Below, piece after piece: positions 17,353 to 28,309 of a stretch of 64,000 nt of DNA. A program made the position numbers and the translations under genes. Every line of letters begins with the position of its first letter. The stretch's first letter is position 1. A model generated the notes under the pieces. That model searched no databases and was not told the origin of the DNA. It was given only the letters and a program-made list of their open reading frames with translations. The DNA lies in the IMG/VR virus record IMGVR_UViG_3300045988_066341, one strand, 5' to 3'. This stretch comes from a virus.

Positions 17353-19752
17353 TTAATTTATTGAGGTTATATCATAAGACACCCATTCCTTGTATCCGTT
17401 AACCATCTCATATACCTTGTTGATGGTCTTACATACGACAGCGAATCCGATATCCACGTTAGGGAACTTCTCGTTAAGCTCATCTATTGTAAGCTCCTTG
17501 GTTATGCTCTCATCCCACTTACGCATCTCTTTTACCTCCATAAGGATCGGTTTACCGGTTATGCCTACACTCATGACCCACTCACCCTCACGATTGGCAT
17601 CCGCCAGATCGGGGAAGATCGTAACGCCAAAAAGATCGGAGAGGGTGAAGTTCTCGCCGGTACGGGTAAAGGATGCCGCCGCCCCCGGTGTAAGAACCAC
17701 CTCGTTCACGGCCAACAGGCTCGTAAGTTTCTTGGCTCCTCCTGATACCGTGGCGTTAAACACGACAGTAACATTACCGGTAGCGCTATTAACGAACTTG
17801 ATCTCATCCTTATCGCTATTTATAGCTTGTAACCTAGACCCAGATACGATATTTACGATCTCATAATTCTTGTCGTAAGTGCTCTGTAGCGTCACATTAC
17901 CGTATTTAGTATCGATAAGGGTAATCCACTTAGCCTTACCACCTACTATCTCAACAAGCTTATAAAACACGTCATTGCCGTCAGCGTCAACCCATCTAGC
18001 TATAGCTCCAGGAGCGAAATTAGTCACCTCCCGATCTTGGGTATAACTTACAGTGCTTTCCGTAGGCTTATTAGTCAAAGTAACATAAAGGCATTGCTCT
18101 ACGTCGGCTTCCATCTTAACTATCCCAGCTCCATCGTAATAATAATCAGGTACATTTTTCTCTCGTATCAACAAGATAGTACCTTCCTTAAGCTTATCGG
18201 CGTTAGTAGGATCATCCACAAAAGACTTCATCTGGATATAGGTATCAAAGATGATCGACGTACTCTTATCCTCTATCTTCTGATTGATATCATTAACAAT
18301 ATTATTAATCTCATTTTTTGTATAATAAGGGGATAGATCAACCTTCGGACCTTCCTGCTCTAAAGCCTGAGTTCCATCCCACCAATAATCAGGTACATCC
18401 TGCTCCCTAATCCAGAGGCTGTCACCCACACGAAGCTTAGCCGTGTTCTCCGGGACCGCCAGCCACTCATTCATGGCATCGACCGTATCAAAGATATACG
18501 CCGTGTTCTTGCCCTCAGCTATACGTCTTACGACAGCCAACTCGCTCTCGACATCGCTAAGTCTTTCCTTTATATTATTGATCTCTCGCTCTAACTTATC
18601 ATAATTATCCTCCTGATCTATAGCGTCACCGATGGACATATAAACCTCGTTAGTGAGCTTATTGTAGGTAACACGAGCTACTTTCTCGTAAGATGTCTTA
18701 TACGATCCGACTCCTTTATGGGTATTACATACAAAATCATATGTATTCTGATATACTACAGATCCACCGGTATTTATAAAATTATATCCGTCTTGGCTCA
18801 TCGTACCTCCCTTGTATCCGACAAGCTCAAAAGAGCATTTACCCGTGCCTTTAGATCCAAACCATGTAGCGTAGGCCATAAAATACGTCTCTTCAGGTAG
18901 GATATCATAATACTTAGCCCTTAAATCCTTCACCGACATCCAAACACATTCCTTACCAGACCCGGTATTATCACCACCCCATTTAAGGACTTCCCTAACA
19001 GAACTATCTCCATTTCCGGGACCAGACCAACCTACAGCAAGATTATCTATGGTGGGAACATTAGAATTAAGAGCTTCCGTCATAGTATCCAAATCCCTTC
19101 CAGAGCTTGATTCCCATAAATACCTAAAAGTCACAAAATCGACATCTCCAATCTTAACACCTCCAGTATTACTAGGATATGTTTTTGTGACTAACTCATA
19201 ATACCATTTACCGTCACGGAAAGTAACCCTTATCCTCTCTACTTGTTTAGGGGATATAGAGACATATGATCCTCCAACGGAGATATTATCGCTATCAACC
19301 GCACGGGAAGTCCCATCCTTTGGATCCTCAGGATCTACGGGGGTGTAGATCGTAGCCTGCTTATCTCCGGTGTTGATAATAACTATATAATAGCTATCCC
19401 CGTCAAGACCCTCGTCATGAGCCATGGTGACAAAACCTTGCTCGCTATCCGGTCTCCATTCAACGACAACCATATGCTTGTCCATAGGTATACCGGAAAC
19501 GCTGTTAACGTAGTTGGTTGAAGACATGAAAATAGCATGGTCATCATAAGCCTCATCTACACGTTGATGTTTAGTGGCCAGACCATCAAGACGTGATATC
19601 TCAATGGGGTCAATTACCTCAACCCCGTTATAATCATACCACTTATATCCTATCATCGTATTCTCACGACGATATTTCCTTTTTCTTATGACCTGACCTC
19701 CAGCTAAGGCGTCAATCATAAAATAATCATTACATACTTTAACCATAGCCAT
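17353..19752 (-). CDS. Tail fibre/spike-like protein
   Basis: 799 aa. Central coiled coil (..LEREINNIKERLSDVESELAVVRRI..) followed by a duplicated ~65-aa module (IFDT..L..G..IRE..VPDY(W/Y)(W/Y)DG). Confidence 0.6.
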   Translation of the reverse strand: MAMVKVCNDYFMIDALAGGQVIRKRKYRRENTMIGYKWYDYNGVEVIDPIEISRLDGLATKHQRVDEAYDDHAIFMSSTNYVNSVSGIPMDKHMVVVEWRPDSEQGFVTMAHDEGLDGDSYYIVIINTGDKQATIYTPVDPEDPKDGTSRAVDSDNISVGGSYVSISPKQVERIRVTFRDGKWYYELVTKTYPSNTGGVKIGDVDFVTFRYLWESSSGRDLDTMTEALNSNVPTIDNLAVGWSGPGNGDSSVREVLKWGGDNTGSGKECVWMSVKDLRAKYYDILPEETYFMAYATWFGSKGTGKCSFELVGYKGGTMSQDGYNFINTGGSVVYQNTYDFVCNTHKGVGSYKTSYEKVARVTYNKLTNEVYMSIGDAIDQEDNYDKLEREINNIKERLSDVESELAVVRRIAEGKNTAYIFDTVDAMNEWLAVPENTAKLRVGDSLWIREQDVPDYWWDGTQALEQEGPKVDLSPYYTKNEINNIVNDINQKIEDKSTSIIFDTYIQMKSFVDDPTNADKLKEGTILLIREKNVPDYYYDGAGIVKMEADVEQCLYVTLTNKPTESTVSYTQDREVTNFAPGAIARWVDADGNDVFYKLVEIVGGKAKWITLIDTKYGNVTLQSTYDKNYEIVNIVSGSRLQAINSDKDEIKFVNSATGNVTVVFNATVSGGAKKLTSLLAVNEVVLTPGAAASFTRTGENFTLSDLFGVTIFPDLADANREGEWVMSVGITGKPILMEVKEMRKWDESITKELTIDELNEKFPNVDIGFAVVCKTINKVYEMVNGYKEWVSYDITSIN

Positions 19753-19757
19753 TCAGA

Positions 19758-22517
19758 TTAACAGGTTTGACATAAACAAGCCACTATAGTAGCGCCAACA
19801 GGAATGGAGGTCAGTGTCGTACCTACCGGGTAGGTAGGAGAGGATGATTCCATCACCGTTAACGACGTCCGCTCAACGACCATATCGTTATCCACCAACC
19901 GACTTCCCTCCACATAGAACCGGCCATCGGCTACCTCATAGCACTCTCGCACCGGAACCATATGTCTTTGGCTTTTATCAGCGTAATCGCATATCGTGAC
20001 CTTAGCCCCATCAGGAATAGAAGACAACTCATCTCCAACACCGTAATCCGGATGATCTGAATATACCACATAAAGCTTGGACTTAATATCCTGCAATGCA
20101 GGATTGACCGTCCTAAAGCCCTTTAGATGGATCTTATGCCCCCCGATCTCATAACAATCATCTACATCCATGATATTGAGATCACAGCTAATAACGGTCC
20201 ATCCGTCTATAACAGATTGCGTAGGTGTAGTATTTAATCTATATGCTGGATCAGTAGACTCTACGATCTTATAATCAAATGTCTTGAGATCAAGATTACC
20301 GTTAAGAGACTCTTGCCTCCGGATCTTTACCGTACCATTGCCGGTATCATAACAGGTCTCGGTAGTATCTATAAGCCGATCCATGTAATCCGGCTCCTCG
20401 CATTCGATACGAGTAAAATTAGATGGAAAAGAGATATATTGAGTACCAATCTTGATATCATTATCCGTAGAACTCAATACATGATGATTATACGACCTAA
20501 CATGATTTAAAGGGTTGATAACGTAAGTGGATTTAATTCTTACCGATCCTCCTGGAGTCGAGTAACATTCTATCGCACTTCTGGTAATACGATCATCCAA
20601 TCTTTCTATGGCACACCTTTCACGGATAAAAACCGATGGGATGCTATTCATCCTATCTCCTAGACCATATCCGTTATCAGACGAGTCCACAATCTCCCAG
20701 AACTGGTTTCTTTTCCCAAGATCACCATCATAAGACACCACATGTCTCATACGTATGCTCCCGTTTAATGTCCTATAACATTCCTCGATATCAATAGGCA
20801 TTCTGTCTTCCATATCCGTGAAATCACAAGACACCAAAGACCATCCGGTAGGCAGGGTGGATATCCGCTGTCCCGGGGTAAAACCGCCGTTATCCGAATC
20901 CAGTACCTCGTAGCGGACGTGGCGCTCGTTTGCCTTGGCATCATAAGACACGACTCTCCTTACCTTGACATTACCCTCACCGCTATCATAACATTCCACG
21001 AAAGACTCGATATCACGATCCTCCATATCCTCCATCTCGCACACCATGTGATCCCATCCTCCAGGTATGGCATTATATATCCTATCCACGAGAATATCGG
21101 GGTTCTCAGATCGTGTAACGACATAAACAGCGCCCCTTATATCTATATCTCCATCATAAGACGTTATTCTTAATACCTGTACACGACCTTTATCTGTATT
21201 ATAGCATTCTTTCCTTGACTGAAGCATTCTATCCTCAAAGTCAACGAAATCACAAGGAACCAAAGAGAATCCGTCTGGGAGGGTAGCTAGGGCGGCTCCT
21301 GGGACAAAGTCTGCGTTATCGGAGTCCACTACCTCGAAACGTGTGTATCTGGCCTTTATCTTGGAGTCATACGACACCATCCTTCGAAGTTTAACGTTTC
21401 CGCTACCGCTGTCATAACACTCTATATAGGATTTGATATCTCTCTCCTCCATATCGTCAAAATCACAGACTACCCTTATCCAAGTGTCTGGCAAGGAACT
21501 GAAGCTGGCGCCCTCAGGTTGTGACGGATCGGTAGTCTCCAGGACTTTATAACTCTTATCCCTAACTCCTATATTCCCGTCCCATGACGTAAGAACCTCC
21601 AGCTTCACCTTACCGGCCGGTGTCTTATAACATTCTATAGTTACCTCAATATCACGATCCTCCATATCCGTGAAGTCACAAACGACCTCAACCCAGTCAT
21701 CGCTTATGCTGGTGATAAACTCACCTACCGGATTCTCAGGATCGGTACTTTGCTTGACGCGATACCATTCCTTTCTGGTACCCATCTCGTAATCAAATAT
21801 CTTATACCCCTCTATCTGTACCCTTCCGGTCCCGGTATCAAAGCATTTAAGCACCGGTATTATCTCCCTTTGGGTCATGTCCGGAAAATCACATACTATA
21901 CGCCTCCACGTATCAGGTATGGCATTATACTTCGTTCCAATAGGGTTACTATCGTCAGTAGTATTCACCACCTCATAATGAGACACCTCCGGGTTCAGGC
22001 GGGGATCAACCGACTCTACGCCCTCTATCTGGACCTTGCCTCCTTCCGTGGCATAACATTTACTTACGAATATCAACTCCCGATCGGTCATCTCCGCTAT
22101 ACTACAATCTATAGCCACCCACTCGGCAGGAACCTTATCTAATTCCGTACCGATAGGAGTATCAACATCCGAGGAGTTGACAATAAATATCTTCTCGGCC
22201 AGTATCTCCCCCTTATTATTCATATAGGTATGGATACGAGCTTCTACCTGACCACCCGGCGTGCGATAGCATTGGTTGACGATCGACACACGGGCGTCCT
22301 TGATGTTAATGAACTGATAGTCCTTTTTAGGGATCTCGCTTACAAGTCTCTTTACTCCTTTATCATCGAAGTACACGTAACACCCGTCATTCCTCATCAT
22401 GACCGGATACGTCTTTCCGTCTATGACAACACCTGAGAAGTCATCTGGCGGAACGGAGAAACCCATGCTACCGAAGATGGAAGCAAGTCTCTTTAAATAC
22501 TCATTTATCGCAGACAT
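19758..22517 (-). CDS. Virion fibre/adhesin-like protein made of 12 tandem ~75-aa repeats
   Basis: 919 aa. 12 occurrences of (E/K)C(Y/F)xTxxGxV followed by ..Y.V..S.DP..P.G.....IP..W..V.CDF.DME.R. TTATCTTTG motif 26 nt upstream. Confidence 0.65.
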   Translation of the reverse strand: MSAINEYLKRLASIFGSMGFSVPPDDFSGVVIDGKTYPVMMRNDGCYVYFDDKGVKRLVSEIPKKDYQFINIKDARVSIVNQCYRTPGGQVEARIHTYMNNKGEILAEKIFIVNSSDVDTPIGTELDKVPAEWVAIDCSIAEMTDRELIFVSKCYATEGGKVQIEGVESVDPRLNPEVSHYEVVNTTDDSNPIGTKYNAIPDTWRRIVCDFPDMTQREIIPVLKCFDTGTGRVQIEGYKIFDYEMGTRKEWYRVKQSTDPENPVGEFITSISDDWVEVVCDFTDMEDRDIEVTIECYKTPAGKVKLEVLTSWDGNIGVRDKSYKVLETTDPSQPEGASFSSLPDTWIRVVCDFDDMEERDIKSYIECYDSGSGNVKLRRMVSYDSKIKARYTRFEVVDSDNADFVPGAALATLPDGFSLVPCDFVDFEDRMLQSRKECYNTDKGRVQVLRITSYDGDIDIRGAVYVVTRSENPDILVDRIYNAIPGGWDHMVCEMEDMEDRDIESFVECYDSGEGNVKVRRVVSYDAKANERHVRYEVLDSDNGGFTPGQRISTLPTGWSLVSCDFTDMEDRMPIDIEECYRTLNGSIRMRHVVSYDGDLGKRNQFWEIVDSSDNGYGLGDRMNSIPSVFIRERCAIERLDDRITRSAIECYSTPGGSVRIKSTYVINPLNHVRSYNHHVLSSTDNDIKIGTQYISFPSNFTRIECEEPDYMDRLIDTTETCYDTGNGTVKIRRQESLNGNLDLKTFDYKIVESTDPAYRLNTTPTQSVIDGWTVISCDLNIMDVDDCYEIGGHKIHLKGFRTVNPALQDIKSKLYVVYSDHPDYGVGDELSSIPDGAKVTICDYADKSQRHMVPVRECYEVADGRFYVEGSRLVDNDMVVERTSLTVMESSSPTYPVGTTLTSIPVGATIVACLCQTC

Positions 22518-22543
22518 AATATCATATTTTAATTCTACTGCCT

Positions 22544-22551
22544 CAAAGATA
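22544..22551 (-). promoter_or_regulatory. TATCTTTG promoter motif
   Basis: 26 nt upstream of ATG 22517, right after a terminator. Confidence 0.5.
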
Positions 22552-22553
22552 AC

Positions 22554-22583
22554 AAAAAAGGGAAGAGAAATGAATCTCTCCCC
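22554..22583 (-). terminator. Rho-independent terminator after 22618..24591
   Basis: GGGGAGAGA-ttcatt-TCTCTTCCC plus TTTTTT, read on the minus strand. Confidence 0.7.
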
Positions 22584-22617
22584 TTTAGGAAATATATGAA
22601 CGCAAAAAAGGTCGTTC

Positions 22618-24591
22618 TTATTTAGGTTCGGTCACGATAGCCGGTCCAAGACCAGCGGCAGCTCCGATCATGTTAATCATCTCCTGAACACCCTCATGAG
22701 CGCCATAGCGTACACGTAAGATCAAGTTAACCGGATCATCGGCGATAACCTTTCCGAATCCTTGAGCGTATCTATGAGGATTAATCGTGATCTGGAAGTC
22801 CACGTATTGGGCTGTTTGTTCAACACGGCTGTATTCGTTCATGAATGTCCGTCCCATGAAATCCTGATGTTTCGGGAAGCCGTTGAAATGAGCGTAACCC
22901 TTCAACTCATCATCCATCATATTGCCGCCAACATGAGTACGCGGGGCTTTGCTGGACAATCTCTCGAAGTGAAGCTGATCCCACCAAATGGGGGATCCCT
23001 CATCAAGAGAATCAGGATAACCACCGCTAGCGCCAACGATCTCAACGCTATCCTCTACATAGGTCATTTTATCCATCAAGCACTCTGACGGAGATAATAA
23101 CATTTCCTTGCCACGGAAACGGATACCGCACTTGCAGTTAGTGCCAAGTTCCTGAGCCGATTCCAGTTTCTTCCACATACGGTTGCGGTAGGACGCCGGA
23201 GCCTTGCTGGTGAAGAGTCCCTCGAACACCTTGTCGCACTCATCACACAACATGTTAGTATATACCGTTGTCTGGAAGCTATGCTGGCAAGCCGCAGGAG
23301 TACCGTAGTCAGTGATCTCCAGTTCCGGGAAAGCCTGTTTGATTTCCTCCAAAGCACTGTTTCCGCACTCATCATCCGGGATCGTGATATAATACTTCTC
23401 GGTGGATACCTTGCAAGAACCACAAGCTGACCATGAAGCGGTACGAACCGTAGGATTCTCGCACATATCGGATGTCTTAGCCACATAGTAAATGATAGCC
23501 GTAGGATTAGCCTCCACGAAAGTAGAGATCTCCTCATCCGTCAATTTCTTGGAAGTAGCGGCAATATACAAACCTGATCCCTTGATCTGACTCATCTTAT
23601 TAACCGTATCGGCTACAACGTTAGGCAATGACTCCACCGTAGTAGACATATCGACACCGTCATCCTCCAAGGAGATAGAATACAGATAACCACCCTTAAC
23701 CTCGGTATAGTTAGGAGGACAATCCGTACATCCTTTCATGATAGAGATAAGACGTTGAGTATAATCAGCCGGTTTAGCGCCTTTCTTCATCACCTTATAA
23801 CGTGACATGCTACCCTCGATAGTCTCACGTACGATCTTCAATCCTGGATATTGAGCGCGAACCTCAGCCAACGCAAGATCATCACCAGTATCGCATACCT
23901 CCATACAATAGAAGTTCACGTCCTCCGTCTCAGGCTCAGTAGCCTCATTAGTGCATCTTGTAACCGGAATGATATCAATATAATCGGATAATTTACCACC
24001 ACCGGCAATAGGTTGGTTCTTCATCCGCTCGATACACTTCAATACGGCGGGTAACAAATCAACCTCCTCGCAAGGATCACATTCCTCGCATTGATTAGGG
24101 GTATTGTCGCAATCATCCAAGAGGATAGCGTCAAAGATCTCAACACGACCTCCCTCGTAGCCAAGAAGCTCGAAAGCCCTGCCGGCGAGAATCAAGCGGA
24201 TAACGATACGGTCGCCCTTGGAAACGGAGAAAGCCGTGTCGTCAGAGACACCATTGTATCCTAAGATAACGTCATCGACATAAGCGTGATCCTTCTTCGG
24301 CCAAGAAGCGTAAATCTCGGTGATCTCATTCAACGAGAACAATGGCGTGGAAAAATCCTTATCATATATAGAACGGGAAGCCGCTTGTTCATTACGACCG
24401 ATACGGATCTCATAACGCTTGTCATTACGAGGCTTACCGGTAAAATCAATCACGGCCTTACAACCGTTCTCGGAAGTCTCCTTAGTATCATAAATACCAA
24501 GCTGACCTTCCTTCAAGAAGATGGAATCAACATCCACCATCTTAGCGTGCGGGGGTACGAAAAGTACCCGGTCTTGCGGTCTGTGCAACAT
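22618..24591 (-). CDS. Large virion structural protein (function unassigned)
   Basis: 657-aa ORF between the connector-like and fibre genes, followed by a hairpin plus T-run terminator. Confidence 0.55.
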   Translation of the reverse strand: MLHRPQDRVLFVPPHAKMVDVDSIFLKEGQLGIYDTKETSENGCKAVIDFTGKPRNDKRYEIRIGRNEQAASRSIYDKDFSTPLFSLNEITEIYASWPKKDHAYVDDVILGYNGVSDDTAFSVSKGDRIVIRLILAGRAFELLGYEGGRVEIFDAILLDDCDNTPNQCEECDPCEEVDLLPAVLKCIERMKNQPIAGGGKLSDYIDIIPVTRCTNEATEPETEDVNFYCMEVCDTGDDLALAEVRAQYPGLKIVRETIEGSMSRYKVMKKGAKPADYTQRLISIMKGCTDCPPNYTEVKGGYLYSISLEDDGVDMSTTVESLPNVVADTVNKMSQIKGSGLYIAATSKKLTDEEISTFVEANPTAIIYYVAKTSDMCENPTVRTASWSACGSCKVSTEKYYITIPDDECGNSALEEIKQAFPELEITDYGTPAACQHSFQTTVYTNMLCDECDKVFEGLFTSKAPASYRNRMWKKLESAQELGTNCKCGIRFRGKEMLLSPSECLMDKMTYVEDSVEIVGASGGYPDSLDEGSPIWWDQLHFERLSSKAPRTHVGGNMMDDELKGYAHFNGFPKHQDFMGRTFMNEYSRVEQTAQYVDFQITINPHRYAQGFGKVIADDPVNLILRVRYGAHEGVQEMINMIGAAAGLGPAIVTEPK

Positions 24592-24710
24592 ATTATCAAC
24601 TTTTTAGTTCAAAAATCATTTACCTAACGCAAACATAATCATAAACAACATCACCGCAATAAAATAAGGTCGTGAGTATACGACATAATATGATGTTTAC
24701 ATTTTATGTA

Positions 24711-24743
24711 AAACAAAAAGCCTACCCGTTTCCGAGTAGGCTT
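24711..24743 (-). terminator. Rho-independent terminator after 24764..25444
   Basis: AAGCCTAC-10 nt-GTAGGCTT plus TTTTG-TTTT on the minus strand. Confidence 0.65.
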
Positions 24744-24763
24744 AATGATCAAACTAACGGTGT

Positions 24764-25444
24764 TTATTTAAAGGAAGCCACATTATCCTTATCCATCCTA
24801 TATCTACTTAGTTCATTCTCGTTAAGGTTGAATTGCTTGGCGACCATATCCAAAATCTCCTCCACCAAAGGATCGGGCAGCTCAGGGTCGATGTCCGTGG
24901 ACCGCCCACCGGCGGCGTTGATGTACCCGGCCAGATCCACCCGTACCGGATTCCGGTAGTAGGTCATCCTGACCTCGTCTGTGAGGAAGCCGTCCTCATA
25001 CACCACGACCTTCCCGTCACCTATGGTGTAAAACGTTTCCCGATAGTCAAAAGAAGGTTTATTATTATCATCCCCAAGAAGCTCATGGACATTCTCGTTC
25101 TTAGCCTCCCACATGACAAAATCTCCAACCTCACATCCATTATAAGAAAACGCTCCTTTTATATTTGAGAACCATAAATAATCATCAGGAAGACCGAATG
25201 ATGTCGATTCGGGGTCATCAATATGATTGATCTTATTAAGCGATTTCCAGTATACCAGAAGAGTTTGTATAGATCGGATGGTCTCATCATCCTTCCTATT
25301 AAGATAGTATCTTATCAACCTATCCTGAGCCTCGTTGAACAAAAGCACGAACCTCCCAGGATCAAGCTTAATCCCACCATTGGCGAGATTCTGCTCATTC
25401 TTCTGCAAAGACCTTAGATACGCTTCTTGGATCGTCATCGTCAT
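24764..25444 (-). CDS. Hypothetical head-completion/connector-like protein
   Basis: 226 aa. The call rests on position downstream of the MCP only. Terminator follows. Confidence 0.4.
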   Translation of the reverse strand: MTMTIQEAYLRSLQKNEQNLANGGIKLDPGRFVLLFNEAQDRLIRYYLNRKDDETIRSIQTLLVYWKSLNKINHIDDPESTSFGLPDDYLWFSNIKGAFSYNGCEVGDFVMWEAKNENVHELLGDDNNKPSFDYRETFYTIGDGKVVVYEDGFLTDEVRMTYYRNPVRVDLAGYINAAGGRSTDIDPELPDPLVEEILDMVAKQFNLNENELSRYRMDKDNVASFK

Positions 25445-26502
25445 TCCTCCGTATTAACCTTATCACCTTCACCTACGTCTTCCTTCTTCTTGACATCCTT
25501 AACCTTCTTGGTCTTATCGTCTATATTAGAAATAGACATAAGTTCCTCGTACTCATCCAAGACATTAGCCTTTACACTGATAAGATCTTTCTTGGTAGCC
25601 AAGAACTCGGCGGACGTACGGGTGTCAGGGCCTATGATCTGACCATTATATTGCAAGCCGGATGGAGTCATGTTAATACGACCGTTACGTTGAAGGACGT
25701 TTATGATACGATAGAACTCAAGAACTTCCTTAAAATCACCCTCCAATGAACGATCCCAGATATCAAGCAGATAATCGATGTTGGTCTTCTTCTCGTTCAT
25801 CCAGTTTGATAGTGATCCGGTGTAATAATCATCCTCTGTAAAATCAGGACGGGTCACGATACCGATGTACAGAAGAAGGTCGATGACAGCCTGACGTTCC
25901 TTGCCACCTTTCTTAAGGGCGTCGATGAACTTATAGCTGATATTCATCTTATTGATCTCACGCTGCTGAACGAAATCCTTGGCGTTGTCTTTCTCAATGA
26001 AACAGAACATGGAGTTCATGAAAATAGGATCACCATCCATTTCCTGAGGAGTCAACATGCCAGAAAATACAGCCAGATATAAATAAAATAACTCAACGGT
26101 ATTAGCCGTGTTATAAACCTTACCCATATAGATCTTGTCTTTAGCATCATCCCAAAACTCGAAATTGGTCTGGGAAAGATCCTTCTGGGATATATTCTCA
26201 AAAGGCTTCATTATATTATTGACACGCTGATCAACCAACTTATCAACCTCATCCTTATCCATGCCATTATAACATCTTGATCTTGGATAAAAACCGGTAT
26301 TGTAAACCTCTGAGAAATCATCCCACGGGCAACATACGTGAGTAGCATTCTCCGGGAACGGAGCCTTGGCTATATTGGCGTCTTGGAAGGCCTGCGGAGC
26401 GCTTCCGTCGTGTTTACCTACTACCTCATACAAGGTATCTGACATGATATTGAAGCCGTTTACCTCGACCAATACCTTCTTTGATTTTAAAATCTCTTTC
26501 AT
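25441..26502 (-). CDS. Hypothetical head-associated protein
   Basis: 353-aa ORF immediately after the MCP terminator, with a Lys/Glu-rich C-terminal tail. Confidence 0.45.
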   Translation of the reverse strand: MKEILKSKKVLVEVNGFNIMSDTLYEVVGKHDGSAPQAFQDANIAKAPFPENATHVCCPWDDFSEVYNTGFYPRSRCYNGMDKDEVDKLVDQRVNNIMKPFENISQKDLSQTNFEFWDDAKDKIYMGKVYNTANTVELFYLYLAVFSGMLTPQEMDGDPIFMNSMFCFIEKDNAKDFVQQREINKMNISYKFIDALKKGGKERQAVIDLLLYIGIVTRPDFTEDDYYTGSLSNWMNEKKTNIDYLLDIWDRSLEGDFKEVLEFYRIINVLQRNGRINMTPSGLQYNGQIIGPDTRTSAEFLATKKDLISVKANVLDEYEELMSISNIDDKTKKVKDVKKKEDVGEGDKVNTEE

Positions 26503-26527
26503 TTCCTTATTTTTGCGTTACTTTCCT

Positions 26528-26557
26528 AAAAAAAGAGGAGAGGAATATCCTCCCCTC
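26528..26557 (-). terminator. Rho-independent terminator after the MCP gene
   Basis: GAGGGGAGG-atatt-CCTCTCCTC plus TTTTTTT on the minus strand. Confidence 0.75.
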
Positions 26558-26586
26558 TAAAAACCAAATTACATATGAAAAAAAAC

Positions 26587-28290
26587 TTAGCCGAAGTAGT
26601 TCGGTTGAAGCTCGATGATCAAGAACTTGCTGTTATCCATAACCCAAGCCGCGGAAGCTGAGTGACACCAGAATTGCTCTTTCATGCCCGGCAAGGATGA
26701 TACGATCTCATTTCCGTTGGCTTTGTGCGCCCAACGACCGTACTCATAACCCCACCACATGCTTACGCCTTCTGGCTTGATATAAAATACGTTGTTATTC
26801 ATATTACCTAACTTAGCGTTAGCCGTATTAGGAATAGCGGAATATGCGTTAGTCGATCCAGCGTCAGTGATATTCTCAATAATACAAGAATAAGAGGATC
26901 TAGGATACATGCCATTCACTAACTCGCTACGATCTGTCATGTCAGCGTAATCCAAAGAAGGATCGTGCTCGAACTCTACATTTCCGATGCCGGGAAGAAA
27001 AGCGCCCTTAACCTGTACCGGACCTAAGATCATAGCATCATTAGTACCAGAGATAGGATTAGAAGGCAACATACGGTCACTACCCATACCCCAGCTCAAA
27101 TTACTCAACGTAGTAAAGAAAGCCTCTCTAATCAACTTCTCTAAGTTGACCATAGCCATAGCTCCTACCTTGAACTTAATCTTACGCTCCGTAATAGGAA
27201 GATCTTGACGACCACGGAAAATATAAGCGGCAGCAGCCATAAGAGTATCCTTAGTAATACCCATCGGGCGACTATAGTAGATAGTATAACCACGGCGAAG
27301 CTGACGGTAGATACCCTCATTCAAATGGATAGGACCATTTTGATCCATAATAATACCACCTTCTTGCCACATCAACTGTCTAGCTTCCAGCTTAACCAAC
27401 TCAGCCATACAGAATACCTCCAGCGTGGACGCTACCTTAGCCGTACGTAAATCAAGCCTACCATTAACCGTCCTGCCGATAATAGCCAAATCAGGAATAT
27501 TGCCCTCATACTCGCTTCTCATAGCATTCATACGACGAAGGGCGGTCTCCACGAACTCTGAAGTGCTATTCTGGGCGGCCTGCATGGACTTCATACCAGC
27601 ATACATAGTGGTCTCACCCTCAACGCCACGGTGGTTTCCTAAACGGAATTCACAAGTCATAGAACCGGCCTTGTCAGCTCCAGATACCTTAGAGAACTGG
27701 GTACTATACTCACCAAGAGCATGACCGATCTTCCAGTAACGGATACCCGGACGTAATTTCTCTTTAGGGAAGTATTTAGCCTTTCCGCCGATAACACGAC
27801 CCCAATAACGTGTCAAATCACCTTCTGTCTTAGACGGTATCTCACCTGAGATAAGGATATTACAGCCGTTAGCGGCGTCATAGGTGATGACATCATAAGC
27901 CGTAAACTCAGATGTATTCAAAACGATATCAAACAAACTTCCATCAATACCCGGTTTCAGATGATGAGTCGAAGTATCCTCCGCCGTAACTACAGCGAAT
28001 GTCTTTGTAACGGGAAGATCATAACGGAAAGAAGCTCCAATACCGTTAACGGAGATCGTAGCGCCGTTATTAATCATACCCATATACATCGGAACGGGGT
28101 AATTAGCGATATTAGAGAACAGATTCAACAGACCCAAATGATTCTTGTCCGGATCCTCATAATACCAGCTCGCCAATGAGCCTAAGTTATGCTCTACGAG
28201 CGAAGTCTTATAGTTCTTGGCATCGGTGAAGGCAATAACGTTATCGCCATTCACGGTAGCCGGAAAACTTTTTGTCAAAAAAGGGTTCAT
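26587..28290 (-). CDS. Major capsid protein (putative)
   Basis: 567 aa. The order portal, scaffold-like, then this gene, with a strong terminator right after it. No motif-level proof. Confidence 0.65.
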   Translation of the reverse strand: MNPFLTKSFPATVNGDNVIAFTDAKNYKTSLVEHNLGSLASWYYEDPDKNHLGLLNLFSNIANYPVPMYMGMINNGATISVNGIGASFRYDLPVTKTFAVVTAEDTSTHHLKPGIDGSLFDIVLNTSEFTAYDVITYDAANGCNILISGEIPSKTEGDLTRYWGRVIGGKAKYFPKEKLRPGIRYWKIGHALGEYSTQFSKVSGADKAGSMTCEFRLGNHRGVEGETTMYAGMKSMQAAQNSTSEFVETALRRMNAMRSEYEGNIPDLAIIGRTVNGRLDLRTAKVASTLEVFCMAELVKLEARQLMWQEGGIIMDQNGPIHLNEGIYRQLRRGYTIYYSRPMGITKDTLMAAAAYIFRGRQDLPITERKIKFKVGAMAMVNLEKLIREAFFTTLSNLSWGMGSDRMLPSNPISGTNDAMILGPVQVKGAFLPGIGNVEFEHDPSLDYADMTDRSELVNGMYPRSSYSCIIENITDAGSTNAYSAIPNTANAKLGNMNNNVFYIKPEGVSMWWGYEYGRWAHKANGNEIVSSLPGMKEQFWCHSASAAWVMDNSKFLIIELQPNYFG

Positions 28291-28309
28291 AATTATCTAT
28301 CTTTTAATG

